The notes beneath the pieces were generated by a model, which saw only the letters and a list, made by a program, of their open reading frames with translations, ran no database searches and was not told the DNA's origin. This document shows positions 42,701 to 56,300 of a DNA stretch of 64,000 bases, piece after piece (positions within the stretch are counted from its first letter, which is position 1; the number at the start of each line of letters is the position of its first letter). This stretch comes from Eledone cirrhosa. Taxonomy: Eukaryota. A program made the position numbers and the translations under genes. The DNA is taken from the NCBI GenBank assembly GCA_964016885.1, contig OZ024754.1, positions 18,166,001-18,230,000 of the forward strand, given 5' to 3'.

Positions 42701-45700
42701 TAGAGATGGTATAGAGCTGTTGGTATAGAGATGGTACAGAGCTAGTGGTATAGAGATAGCAGAGAGCTGATAGTATAGAGATGGTAGAGAGCTGTTGGTA
42801 TAGAGATGGTAGAGAGCTGTTGTTATAGACATGGTAGAGAGCTGTTGGTATAGAGATAGTAGAGAGCTGTTGGTATAGAGATAGCAGAGCTAGTAGTATA
42901 GAGATGGTAGTATAGAGATAGTAGAGAGCTGTGGGTATAGAGATGGTACAGAGCTGTTGGTATAGAGATGGTAGAGAGCTGTTGGTATAGAGATAGCAGA
43001 GAGCTGGTAGTATAGAGATGGTTAAGAGCTGCTGGTATAGAGATGGTAGAGAGCTGTGGGTATAGAGATGGTAGAGACCTGTTGGTATAGAGATGGAAGA
43101 AAGCTGTTGGTGTAGAGATAGCAGAGACCTGGTAGTATAGAGATGGTAGAGAGCTGTTGGTATAGAGATGGTAGAGAGCTGTTGGTATAGAGATGGTAGA
43201 GAACTGTTGGTATAGAGATGGTAGAGAGCTGTTGGTATAGAGATGGTAGAGAGCTGGTGGTATAGATATGGTAGAGAGCTGTTGGTATAGAGATGGTAGA
43301 AAGCTGTTGGTGTAGAGATAGCAGAGAGCTGGTAGTATAGAGATGGTAGAGAGCTGTTGGTATAGAGATGGTAGAGAGCTGGTGGTATAGAGATGGTAGA
43401 GAGCTGTTGGTATAGAGATGGTAGAGAGCTGTTGGTATAGAGATAGCAGAGAGCTGGTAGTATAGAGATGGTAGAGTGCTTTTGGTATAGAGAAGGTAGA
43501 GAGCTGGTGGTATAGAGATGGTAGAGAGCTGGTAGAGAGCTAGTGGTATAGAGATAGCAGAGAGCTGATAGCATAGAGATGGTAGATAGCTGTTGGTATA
43601 GAGATGGTAGTGAGCTGTTGTTATAGAGATGGTAGAGAGCTGTTGGTATAGAGATATTAGAGAGCTGTTGGTATAGAGATAGCAGGGCTGGTAGTATAGA
43701 GATGGTACAGAGCTGTTGGTATAGAGATGGTAGAGAGCTGTTGGTATAGAGATAGCAGAGAGCTGGTAGTATAGAGATGGTAGAGAGCTGCTGGTATAGA
43801 GCTGTTGGTGTAGAGATAGCAGAGAGCTGGTAGTATAGAGATGGTAGACATCTGTTGGTATAGAGATGGTAGAGAGCTGTTGGTATAGAGATGGTAGAGA
43901 GCTGTTGGTATAGAGATAGCAGAGAGCTGGTAGTATAGAGATGGTAGAGAGCTGGTGGTAAAGAGATGGTAGAGTGCTTTTGGTATAGAGAAGGTAGAGA
44001 GCTGGTGGGTATAGAGATGGTAGAGAGCTGTTGGTATAGAGATAGCAGAGAGCTGGTAGTATAGAGATGGTAGAGAGCTGCTGGTATAGAGATGGTAGAG
44101 AGCTGTGGGTATAGAGATGGTAGAGAGCTGTTGGTATAGAGATAGCAGACAGCTGGTAGTATAGAGATTGTAGAGAGCTCTTGGTATAGAGCCGTTGGTA
44201 TAGAGATGGTAGAGAGCTGTTGGTATAGAGATGGTAGAGAGCTGGTGGTATAGAGATGGTATAGAGCTGTTGGTATAGAGATGGTACAGAGCTAGTGGTA
44301 TAGAGATAGCAGAGAGCTGATAGTATAGAGATGGTAGAGAGCTGTTGGTATAGAGATGGTAGAGAGCTGTTGTTATAGACATGGTAGAGAGCTGTTGGTA
44401 TAGAGATAGTAGAGAGCTGTTGGTATAGAGATAGCAGAGCTAGTAGTATAGAGATGGTAGTATAGAGATAGTAGAGAGCTGTGGGTATAGAGATGGTACA
44501 GAGCTGTTGGTATAGAGATGGTAGAGAGCTGTTGGTATAGAGATAGCAGAGAGCTGGTAGTATAGAGATGGTTAAGAGCTGCTGGTATAGAGATGGTAGA
44601 GAGCTGTGGGTATAGAGATGGTAGAGACCTGTTGGTATAGAGATGGAAGAAAGCTGTTGGTGTAGAGATAGCAGAGACCTGGTAGTATAGAGATGGTAGA
44701 GAGCTGTTGGTATAGAGATGGTAGAGAGCTGTTGGTATAGAGATGGTAGAGAACTGTTGGTATAGAGATGGTAGAGAGCTGTTGGTATAGAGATGGTAGA
44801 AAGATGTTGGTGTAGAGATAGCAGAGAGCTGGTAGTATAGAGATGGTAGAGATCTGTTGGTATAGAGATGGTAGAGAGCTGTTGGTATAGAGATGGTAGA
44901 GAGCTGTTGGTATAGAGATGGTAGAGAGCTAGCAGAGAGCTGGTAGTATAGAGATGGTAGAGAGCTGGTGGTATAGAGATGGTAGAGAGCTGGTGGTATA
45001 GAGATGGTAGAGAGCTGTGGGTATAGAGATGGTAGAGAGCTAGTGGTATAGAGCTGTTGGTATAGAGATGGTAAAGAGCTGGTGGTATAGAGATGGTAGA
45101 GAGCGGGTGGTATAGATATGGTAGAGGAGCTGTTGGTATAGAGATGGTAGAAAGCTGTTGGTGTAGAGATAGCAGAGAGCTGGAAGTATAGAGATGGTAG
45201 AGAGCTGCTGGTATAGAGATGGTAGAGAGCTGTTGGTATAGAGATGGTAGAGAGCTGTTGGTATAGAGATGGTAGAGAGCTGGTGGTATAGAGATGGTAG
45301 AGAGCTGTTGGTATAGAGATGGTAGAGAGCTGTTGGTATAGAGATAGCAGAGAGCTGGTAGTATAGAGATGGTAGAGAGCTGGTGGTATAGAGATGGTAG
45401 AGTGCTGTTGGTATAGAGATGGTAGAGAGCTGTGGGTATAGAGATGGTATAGAGCTAGTGGTATAGAGATGGTAGAGAGCTGGTATAGAGCTGGTGGTAT
45501 AGAAATGGTAGGGAGCTGGTGGTATAGAGATAGCAGAGAGCTGATAGTATAGAGATGGTAGAGAGCTGTTGGTATAGAGATGGTAGAGAGCTGTTGTTAT
45601 AGAGATGGTAGAGAGCTGTTGGTATAGAGATATTAGAGAGCTGTTGGTATAGAGATAGCAGGGCTGGTAGTATAGAGATGGTACAGAGCTGTTGGTATAG

Positions 45701-47350
45701 AGATGGTAGAGAGCTGTTGGTATAGAGATAGCAGAGAGCTGGTAGTATAGAGATGGTAGAGAGCTACTGGTATAGAGATGGTAGAGAGCTGTTGGTATAA
45801 AGATGGTAGAAAGCTGTTGGTGTAGAGATAGCAGAGAGCTGGCAGTATAGAGATGGTAGAGATCTGTTGGTATAGAGCTGTTGGTATAGAGATGGTAGAG
45901 AGCTGTTGGTATAGAGATAGCAGAGAGCTGGTAGTATAGAGATGGTAGAGAGCTGGTGGTAAAGAGATGGTAGAGTGCCTTTGGTATAGATAAGGTAGAG
46001 AGCTGGTGGTATAAAGATGGTAGAGAGCTGTTGGTATAGAGATAGCAGAGAGCTGGTAGTATAGAGATGGTAGAGAGCTGCTGGTATAGAGATGGTAGAG
46101 AGCTGTGGGTATAGAGATGGTAGAGAGCTGTTGGTATAGAGATAGCAGAGAGCTGGTAGTATAGAGATTGTAGAGAGCTCTTGATATAGAGATTGTAGAG
46201 AGCTGTTGGTATAGAGATGGTAGAGAGCTGTTGGTATAGAGATAGTAGAGAGCTGTTGGTATAGAGATAGCAGAGATGGTAGTATAGAGATAGTAGAGAG
46301 CTGTGGGCATATAGATGGTAGAGAGCTAGTGGTATAGAGATGGTAGAGAGCTGTTGGTATAGAGATAGCAGAGAGCTGGTATTATAGAGATGGTACAGAG
46401 CTGTTGGTATAGAGATGGTAGAGAGCTGTTGGTATAGAGATAGCAGAGAGCTGGTAGTATAGAGATGGTAGAGAGCTGCTGGTATAGAGATGGTAGAGAG
46501 CTGTGGGTATAGAGATGGTAGAGACCTGTTGGTATAGAGATAGCAGAGAGCTGGTAGTATAGTGATGGTAGAGAGCTGGTGGTATAGAGATGGTAGAGTG
46601 CTGTTGGTATAGAGATGGTAGAGAGCTGGTGGCATAGAGATGGTATAGAGATGGTAGAGAGCTAGTGGTATAGAGCGGTTGGTATAGAGATGGTAGAGAG
46701 CTGGTGGTATAGAGATGGTAGAGAGCTGGTGGTATAGAGATGGTAGAGAGCTGGTGGTATAGAGATGGTAGAGAGCTAGTGGTATAGAGATGGTAGTGCT
46801 GTGGGTATAGAGATGGTAGAGAGCTGTAGGTATAGAGATAGCAGAGAGCTGGTAGTATAGAGATGGTAGAGAGCTGTGGGTATAGAGATGGTAGAGAGCT
46901 AGTGGTATAGAGATGGTAGAGAGCTGTAGGTATAGAGATGTTAGAGAGCTGTTGGTATAGAGATAGCAGAGAGCTGATAGTATAGAGATGGTAGAGAGCT
47001 GTTGGTATAGAGATGGTAGAGAGCTGTTGTTATAGAGATGGTAGAGAGCTGTTGGTATAGAGATGGTAGAGAGCTGTTGGTATAGAGATAGCAGAGAGCT
47101 GGTATTATAGAGATGGTAGAGAGCTGTTGGTATAGAGATGGTAGAGAGCTGTTGGTATAGAGATAGCAGAGAGCTGGTAGAGAGCTGCTGGTATAGAGAT
47201 GGTAGAGAGCTGTGGGTATAGAGATGGTAGAGAGCTGTTGGTATAGAGATAGCAGAGAGCTGGTGGTATAGAGATTGTAGAGAGCTGTTGGTATAGAGAT
47301 TGTAGAGAGCTGTTGGTATAGAGCTGGTGGTATAGACATGGTAGAGAGCT
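30800..47350 (+). repeat. About 7.5-kb higher-order tandem duplication; the second copy is expanded to ~9.06 kb
   Basis: Near-identical 606-aa artefact ORFs at 31260 and 38729 (offset 7469). Offsets step through 7494, 7469 and 7480, then 9044 and 9058 (37883/46941) after an internal duplication. Confidence 0.88.
41700..44790 (+). repeat. 1,550-bp tandem duplication nested in the second 7.5-kb copy
   Basis: Identical ORF translations at 42107 and 43657. GCAGGGCT at 42132 and 43682. GAACTGTTGG at 43201 and 44751. Confidence 0.9.
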
Positions 47351-50300
47351 GGTGGTATAGAGATGGTAGAGAGCTGGTGGTATAGAGATGGTAGAGAGCT
47401 GGTGGTATAGATATGGTAGAGAGCTGTTGGTATAGAGATGGTAGAAAGCTGTTGGTGTAGAGATAGCAGAGAGCTGGTAGTATAGAGATGGTAGAGAGCT
47501 GTTGGTATAGAGATGGTAGAGAGCTGGTGGTATAGAGATGGTAGAGAGCTGTTGGTGTAGAGATGGTAGAGAGCTGTTGGTATAGAGATAGCAGGGAGCT
47601 GGTAGTATAGAGATGGTAGAGAGCTGGTGGTAAAGAGATGGTAGAGTGCTTTTGGTATAGAGAAGGTAGAGAGCTGGTGGTATAGAGATGGTAGAGAGCT
47701 GGTGGTATAGAGATGGTAGAGAGCTGGTGGTATAGAGATGGTAGAGAGCTAGTGGTATAGAGATAGCAGAGAGCTGATAGTATAGAGATGGTAGATAGCT
47801 GTTGGTATAGAGATGGTAGATAGCTGTTGTTATAGAGATGGTAGAGAGCTGCTGGTATAGAGATATTAGAGAGCTGTTGGTATAGAGATAGCAGGGCTGG
47901 TAGTATAGAGATGGTACAGAGCTGTTGGTATAGAGATGGTAGAGAGCTGTTGGTATAGAGATAGCAGAGAGCTGGTAGTATAGAGATGGTAGAGAGCTGC
48001 TGGTATAGAGATGGTAGAGAGCTGTTGGTGTAGAGATAGCAGAGAGCTGGTAGTATAGAGATGGTAGAGATCTGTTGGTATAGAGATGGTAGAGAGCTGT
48101 TGGTATAGAGATAGCAGAGAGCTGGTAGTATAGAGATGGTAGAGAGCTGGTGGTAAAGAGATGGTAGAGTGCTTTTGGTATAGAGAAGGTAGAGAGCTGG
48201 TGGGTATAGAGATGGTAGAGAGCTGTTGGTATAGAGATAGCAGAGAGCTGGTAGTATAGAGATTGTAGAGAGCTCTTGGTATAGAGATTGTAGAGAGCTG
48301 TTGGTATAGAGATGGTAGAGAGCTGTTGGTATAGAGATGGTAGAGAGCTGGTGGTATAGAGATGGTATAGAGCTGTTGGTATAGAGATGGTACAGAGCTA
48401 GTGGTATAGAGATAGCAGAGAGCTGATAGTATAGAGATGGTAGAGAGTTGTTGGTATAGAGATGGTAGAGAGCTGTTGTTATAGAGATGGTAGAGAGCTG
48501 TTGGTATAGAGATAGTAGAGAGCTGTTGGTATAGAGATAGCAGAGCTGGTAGTATAGAGATAGTAGAGAGCTGTGGGTATAGAGATGGTAGAGAGCTGTT
48601 GGTATAGAGATGGTAGAGAGCTGTTGGTATAGAGATAGCAGAGAGCTGGTATTATAGAGATGGTACAGAGCTGTTGGTATAGAGATGGTAGAGAGCTGTT
48701 GGTATAGAGATAGCAGAGAGCTGGTAGTATAGAGATGGTTAAGAGCTGCTGGTATAGAGATGGTAGAGAGCTGTGGGTATAGAGATGGTAGAGACCTGTT
48801 GGTATAGAGATGGAAGAAAGCTGTTGGTATAGAGATGGTAGAAAGCTGTTGGTGTAGAGATAGCAGAGACCTGGTAGTATAGAGATGGTAGAGAGCTGTT
48901 GGTATAGAGATGGTAGAGAGCTGTTGGTAGAGATGGTAGAGAGCTGTTGGTATAGAGATGGTAGAGAGCTGTTGGTATAGAGATGGTAGAAAGCTGTTGG
49001 TGTAGAGATAGCAGAGAGCTGGTAGTATAGAGATGGTAGAGAGCTGGTGGTAAAGAGATGGTAGAGTGCTTTTGGTATAGATAAGGTAGAGAGCTGGTGG
49101 TATAGAGATGGTAGAGAGCTGTTGGTATAGAGATAGCAGAGAGCTGGTAGTATAGAGATGGTAGAGAGCTGCTGGTATAGAGATGGTAGAGAGCTGTGGG
49201 TATAGAGATGGTAGAGAGCTGTTGGTATAGAGATAGCAGAGAGCTGGTAGTATAGAGATTGTTGAGAGCTCTTGATATAGAGATTGTAGAGAGCTGTTGG
49301 TATAGAGATGGTAGAGAGCTGTTGGTATAGAGCTGGTGGTATAGAGATGGTACAGAGCTGTTGGTATAGAGATGGTACAGAGCTAGTGGTATAGAGATGG
49401 TAGAGAGCTGGTAGAGAGCTGGTGGTATAGAGATGGTAGAGAGCTAGTGGTATAGAGATAGCAGAGAGCTGATAGTATATAGATGGTAGAGAGCTGTTGG
49501 TATAGAGATGGTAGAGACCTGTTGTTATAGAGATGGTAGAGAGCTGTTGGTATAGAGATAGTAGAGAGCTGTTGGTATAGAGATAGCAGAGCTGGTAGTA
49601 TAGAGATGGTAGTATAGAGATAGTAGAGAGCTAGTGGTATAGAGATGGTAGAGAGCTGTTGGTATAGAGATAGCAGAGAGCTGGTATTATAGAGATGGTA
49701 CAGAGCTGTTGGTATAGAGATGGTAGAGAGCTGTTGGTATAGAGATAGCAGAGAGCTGGTAGTATAGAGATGGTAGAGAGCTGCTGGTATAGAGATGGTA
49801 GAGACCTGTTGGTATAGAGATGGTAGAGAGATGGTAGAAAGCTGTTGGTGTAGAGATAGCAGAGACCTGGTAGTATAGAGATGGTAGAGAGCTGTTGGTA
49901 TAGAGATGGTAGAGAGCTGTTGGTATAGAGATGGTAGAGAGCTGTTGGTATAGAGATAGCAGAGAGCTGGTAGTATAGTGATGGTAGAGAGCTGGTGGTA
50001 TAGAGATGGTAGAGTGCTGTTGGTATAGAGATGGTAGAGAGCTGGTGGCATAGAGATGGTAGAGAGCTGTGGGTATAGAGATGGTAGAGAGCTAGTGGTA
50101 TAGAGCTGTTGGTATAGAGATGGTAGAGAGCTGGTGGTATAGAGATGGTAGAGAGCTGGTGGTATAGAGATGGTAGAGAGCTGGTGGTATAGAGATGGTA
50201 GAGAGCTAGTGGTATAGAGATGGTAGAGCTGTGGGTATAGAGATGGTAGAGAGCTGTAGGTATAGAGATAGCAGAGAGCTGGTAGTATAGAGATGGTAGA

Positions 50301-53300
50301 GAGCTGTGGGTATAGAGATGGTAGAGAGCTAGTGGTATAGAGATGGTAGAGAGCTGTGGGTATAGAGATGTTAGAGAGCTGTTGGTATAGAGATAGCAGA
50401 GAGCTGATAGTATAGAGATGGTAGAGAGCTGTTGGTATAGAGATGGTAGAGAGCTGTTGTTATAGAGATGGTAGAGAGCTGTTGGTATAGAGATGGTAGA
50501 GAGCTGTTGGTATCGAGATAGCAGAGAGCTGGTAGAGAGCTGCTGGTATAGAGATGGTAGAGAGCTGTGGGTATAGAGATGGTAGAGAGCTGTTGGTATA
50601 GAGATAGCAGAGAGCTGGTGGTATAGTGATTGTAGAGAGCTGTTGGTATAGAGATTGTAGAGAGCTGTTGGTATAGAGATGGTAGAGAGCTGGTGGTATA
50701 GACATGGGAGAGAGCTGATGGTATAGAGATGGTAGAGAGCTGGTGGTATAGAGATGGTAGAGAGCTGGTGGTATAGATATGGTAGAGAGCTGTTGGTATA
50801 GAGATGGTAGAAAGCTGTTGGTGTAGAGATAGCAGAGAGCTGGTAGTATAGAGATGGTAGAGAGCTGTTGGTATAGAGATGGTAGAGAGCTGGTGGTATA
50901 GAGATGGTAGAGAGCTGTTGGTATAGAGATGGTAGAGAGCTGTTGGTATAGCGATAGCAGGGAGCTGGTAGTATAGAGATGGTAGAGAGCTGGTGGTAAA
51001 GAGATGGTAGAGTGCTTTTGGTATAGAGAAGGTAGAGAGTTGGTGGTATAGAGATGGTAGAGAGCTGGTGGTATAGAGATGGTAGAGAGCTGGTGGTATA
51101 GAGATGGTAGAGAGCTAGTGGTATAGAGATAGCAGAGAGCTGATAGTATAGAGATGGTAGATAGCTGTTGGTATAGAGATGGTAGAGAGCTGTTGTTATA
51201 GAGATGGTAGAGAGCTGCTGGTATAGAGATATTAGAGAGCTGTTGGTATAGAGATAGCAGGGCTGGTAGTATAGAGATGGTACAGAGCTGTTGGTATAGA
51301 GATGGTAGAGAGCTGTTGGTATAGAGATAGCAGAGAGCTGGTAGTATAGAGATCGTAGAGAGCTGCTGGTATAGAGATGGTAGACAGCTGTTGGTATAAA
51401 GCTGTTGGTGTAGAGATAGCAGAGAGCTGGTAGTATAGAGATGGTAGAGATCTGTTGGTATAGAGATGGTAGAGAGCTGTTGGTATAGAGATAGCAGAGA
51501 GCTGGTAGTATAGAGATGGTAGAGAGCTGCTGGTATAGAGATGGTAGAGAGCTGTGGGTATAGAGATGGTAGAGAGCTGTTGGTATAGAGATTGTAGAGA
51601 GCTCTTGGTATAGAGATGGTAGAGAGCTGTTGGTATAGAGATGGTAGAGAGCTGGTGGTATAGAGATGGTATAGAGCTGTTGGTATAGAGATGGTACAGA
51701 GCTAGTGGTATAGAGATAGCAGAGAGCTGATAGTATAGAGATGGTAGAGAGCTGTTGGTATAGAGATAGCAGGGCTGGTAGTATAGAGATGGTACAGAGC
51801 TGTTGGTATAGAGATGGTAGAGAGCTGTTGGTATAGAGACAGCAGAGAGCTGGTAGTATAGAGATCGTAGAGAGCTGCTGGTATAGAGATGGTAGAGAGC
51901 TGTTGGTATAAAGCTGTTGGTGTAGAGATGGTAGAGTGCTTTTGGTATAGAGAAGGTAGAGAGCTGGTGGGTATAGAGATGGTAGAGAGCTGTTGGTATA
52001 GAGATAGCAGAGAGCTGGTAGTATAGAGATGGTAGAGAGCTGCTGGTATAGAGATGGTAGAGAGCTGTGGGTATAGAGATGGTAGAGAGCTGTTGGTATA
52101 GAGATAGCAGAGAGCTGGTAGTATAGAGATTGTAGAGAGCTCTTGGTATAGAGATGGTAGAGAGCTGTTGGTATAGAGATGGTAGAGAGCTGGTGGTATA
52201 GAGATGGTATAGAGCTGTTGGTATAGAGATGGTACAGAGCTAGTGGTATAGAGATAGCAGAGAGCTGATAGTATAGAGATGGTAGAGAGCTGTTGGTATA
52301 GAGATGGTAGAGAGCTGTTGTTATAGAGATGGTAGAGAGCTGTTGGTATAGAGATAGTAGAGAGCTGTTGGTATAGAGATAGCAGAGCTGGTAGTATAGA
52401 GATAGTAGAGAGCTGTGGGTATAGAGATGGTAGAGACCTGTTGGTATAGAGATGGAAGAAAGCTGTTGGTATAGAGATGGTAGAAAGCTGTTGGTGTAGA
52501 GATAGCAGAGACCTGGTAGTATAGAGATGGTTAAGAGCTGCTGGTATAGAGATGGTAGAGAGCTGTGGGTATAGAGATGGTAGAGACCTGTTGGTATAGA
52601 GATGGAAGAAAGCTGTTGGTATAGAGATGGTAGAAAGCTGTTGGTGTAGAGATAGCAGAGACCTGGTAGTATAGAGATGGTAGAGAGCTGTTGGTATAGA
52701 GATGGTACAGAGCTGTTGGTATAGAGATGGTAGGGAGCTGTTGGTATAGAGATAGCAGAGAGCTGGTAGTATAGAGATGGTTAAGAGCTGCTGGTATAGA
52801 GATGGTAGAGAGCTGTGGGTATAGAGATGGTAGAGACCTGTTGGTATAGAGATGGAAGAAAGCTGTTGGTATAGAGATGGTAGAAAGCTGTTGGTGTAGA
52901 GATAGCAGAGACCTGGTAGTATAGAGATGGTAGAGAGCTGTTGGTATAGAGATGGTAGAGAGCTGTTGGTATAGAGATGGTAGAAAGCTGTTGGTGTAGA
53001 GATAGCAGAGAGCTGGTAGTATAGAGATGGTAGAGATCTGTTGGTATAGAGATGGTAGAGAGCTGTTGGTATAGAGATGGTAGAGAGCTAGCAGAGAGCT
53101 GGTAGTATAGAGATGGTAGAGAGCTGGTGGTATAGAGATGGTAGAGAGCTGGTGGTATAGAGATGGTAGAGAGCTGTGGGTATAGAGATGGTAGAGAGCT
53201 AGTGGTATAGAGCTGTTGGTATAGAGATGGTAGAGAGCTGGTGGTATAGAGATGGTAGAGAGCTGGTGGTATAGATATGGTAGAGAGCTGTTGGTATAGA

Positions 53301-56300
53301 GATGGTAGAAAGCTGTTGGTGTAGAGATAGCAGAGAGCTGGTAGTATAGAGATGGTAGAGAGCTGTTGGTATAGAGATGGTAGAGAGCTGTTGGTATAGA
53401 GATGGTAGAGAGCTGGTGGTATAGAGATGGTAGAGAGCTGTTGGTATAGAGATGGTAGAGAGCTGTTGGTATAGAGATAGCAGAGAGCTGGTAGTATAGA
53501 GATGGTAGAGAGCTGTGGGTATAGAGATGGTATAGAGATGGTAGAGAGCTGGTATAGAGCTGGTGGTATAGAGATGGTAGAGAGCTGGTGGTATAGAGAT
53601 GGTAGAGAGCTGGTGGTATAGAGATGGTAGAGAGCTAGTGGTATAGAGATAGCAGAGAGCTGATAGTATAGAGATGGTAGAGAGCTGTTGGTATAGAGAT
53701 GGTAGAGAGCTGTTGTTATAGAGATGGTAGAGAGCTGTTGGTATAGAGATATTAGAGAGCTGTTGGTATAGAGATAGCAGGGCTGGTAGTATAGAGATGG
53801 TAGAGAGCTGTTGGTATAGAGCTGTTGGTATAGAGATAGCAGAGAGCTGGTAGTATAGATATGGTAGAGAGCTGCTGGTATAGAGATGGTAGAGAGCTGT
53901 TGGTATAAAGATGGTAGAAAGCTGTTGGTGTAGAGATAGCAGAGAGCTGGTAGTATAGAGATGGTAGAGATCTGTTGGTATAGAGCTGTTGGTATAGAGA
54001 TGGTAGAGAGCTGTTGGTATAGAGATAGCAGAGAGCTGGTAGTATAGAGATGGTAGAGAGCTGGTGGTAAAGAGATGGTAGAGTGCTTTTGGTATAGATA
54101 AGGTAGAGAGCTGGTGGTATAGAGATGGTAGAGAGCTGTTGGTATAGAGATAGCAGAGAGCTGGTAGTATAGAGATTGTAGAGAGCTCTTGGTATAGAGA
54201 TTGTAGAGAGCTGTTGGTATAGAGATGGTAGAGAGCTGTTGGTATAGAGATGGTAGAGAGCTGGTGGTATAGAGATGGTATAGAGCTGTTGGTATAGAGA
54301 TGGTACAGAGCTAGTGGTATAGAGATAGCAGAGAGCTGATAGTATAGAGATGGTAGAGAGCTGTTGGTATAGAGATGGTAGAGAGCTGTTGTTATAGAGA
54401 TGGTAGAGAGCTGTTGGTATAGAGATAGTAGAGAGCTGTTGGTATAGAGATAGCAGAGCTGGTAGTATAGAGATAGTAGAGAGCTGTGGGTATAGAGATG
54501 GTAGAGAGCTAGTGGTATAGAGATGGTAGGGAGCTGTTGGTATAGAGATAGCAGAGAGCTGGTAGTATAGAGATGGTTAAGAGCTGCTGGTATAAAGATG
54601 GTAGAGAGCTGTGGGTATAGAGATGGTAGAGACCTGTTGGTATAGAGATGGAAGAAAGCTGTTGGTATAGAGATGGTAGAAAGCTGTTGGTGTAGAGATA
54701 GCAGAGACCTGGTAGTATAGAGATGGTAGAGAGCTGTTGGTATAGAGATGGTAGAGAGCTGTTTGTATAGAGATGGTAGAGAGCTGTTGGTATAGAGATG
54801 GTAGAGAGCTGTTGGTATAGAGATGGTAGAAAGCTGTTGGTGTAGAGATAGCAGAGAGCTGGTAGTATAGAGATGGTAGAGATCTGTTGGTATAGAGATG
54901 GTAGAGAGCTGTTGGTATAGAGATGGTAGAGAGCTAGCAGAGAGCTGGTAGTATAGAGATGGTAGAGAGCTGGTGGTATAGAGATGGTAGAGAGCTGTTG
55001 GTATAGAGATGGTAGAGAGCTGTGGGTATAGAGATGGTAGAGAGCTAGTGGTATAGAGCTGTTGGTATAGAGATGGTAGAGAGCTGGTGGTATAGAGATG
55101 GTAGAGAGCTGGTGGTATAGATATGGTAGAGAGCTGTTGGTATAGAGATGGTAGAAAGCTGTTGGTGTAGAGATAGCAGAGAGCTGGTAGTATAGAGATG
55201 GTAGAGAGCTGTTGGTATAGAGATGGTAGAGAGCTGTTGGTATAGAGATGGTAGAGAGCTGGTGGTATAGAGATGGTAGAGAGCTGTTGGTATAGAGATG
55301 GTAGAGAGCTGTTGGTATAGAGATAGCAGAGAGCTGGTAGTATAGAGATGGTAGAGAGCTGGTGGTATAGAGATGGTAGAGAGCTGTGGGTATAGAGATG
55401 GTATAGAGCTGGTGGTATAGAGCTGGTGGTATAGAGATGGTAGAGAGCTGGTGGTATAGAGATGGTAGAGAGCTAGTGGTATAGAGATAGCAGAGAGCTG
55501 ATAGTATAGAGATGGTAGAGAGCTGTTGGTATAGAGATGGTAGAGAGCTGTTGTTATAGAGATGGTAGAGAGCTGTTGGTATAGAGATATTAGAGAGCTG
55601 TTGGTATAGAGATAGCAGGGCTGGTAGTATAGAGATGGTAGAGAGCTGTTGGTATAGAGATAGCAGAGAGCTGGTAGTATAGATATGGTAGAGAGCTGCT
55701 GGTATAGAGATGGTAGAGAGCTCTTGGTATAAAGATGGTAGAAAGCTGTTGGTGTAGAGATAGCAGAGAGCTGGTAGTATAGAGATGGTAGAGATCTGTT
55801 GGTATAGAGCTGTTGGTATAGAGATGGTAGAGAGCTGTTGGTATAGAGATAGCAGAGAGATGGTAGTATAGAGATGGTAGAGAGCTGGTGGTAAAGAGAT
55901 GGTAGAGTGCTTTTGGTATAGATAAGGTAGAGAGCTGGTGGTATAGAGATGGTAGAGAGCTGTTGGTATAGAGATAGCAGAGAGCTGGTAGTATAGAGAT
56001 GGTAGAGAGCTGCTGGTATAGAGATGGTAGAGAGCTGTGGGTATAGAGATGGTAGAGAGCTGTTGGTATAGAGATAGCAGAGAGCTGGTAGTATAGAGAT
56101 TGTAGAGAGCTCTTGGTATAGAGATTGTAGAGAGCTGTTGGTATAGAGATGGTAGAGAGCTGTTGGTATAGAGATGGTAGAGAGCTGGTGGTATAGAGAT
56201 GGTATAGAGCTGTTGGTATAGAGATGGTACAGAGCTAGTGGTATAGAGATGGTAGAGAGCTGGTATAGAGCTGTTGGTATAGAGTTGGTAGAGAGCTGGT

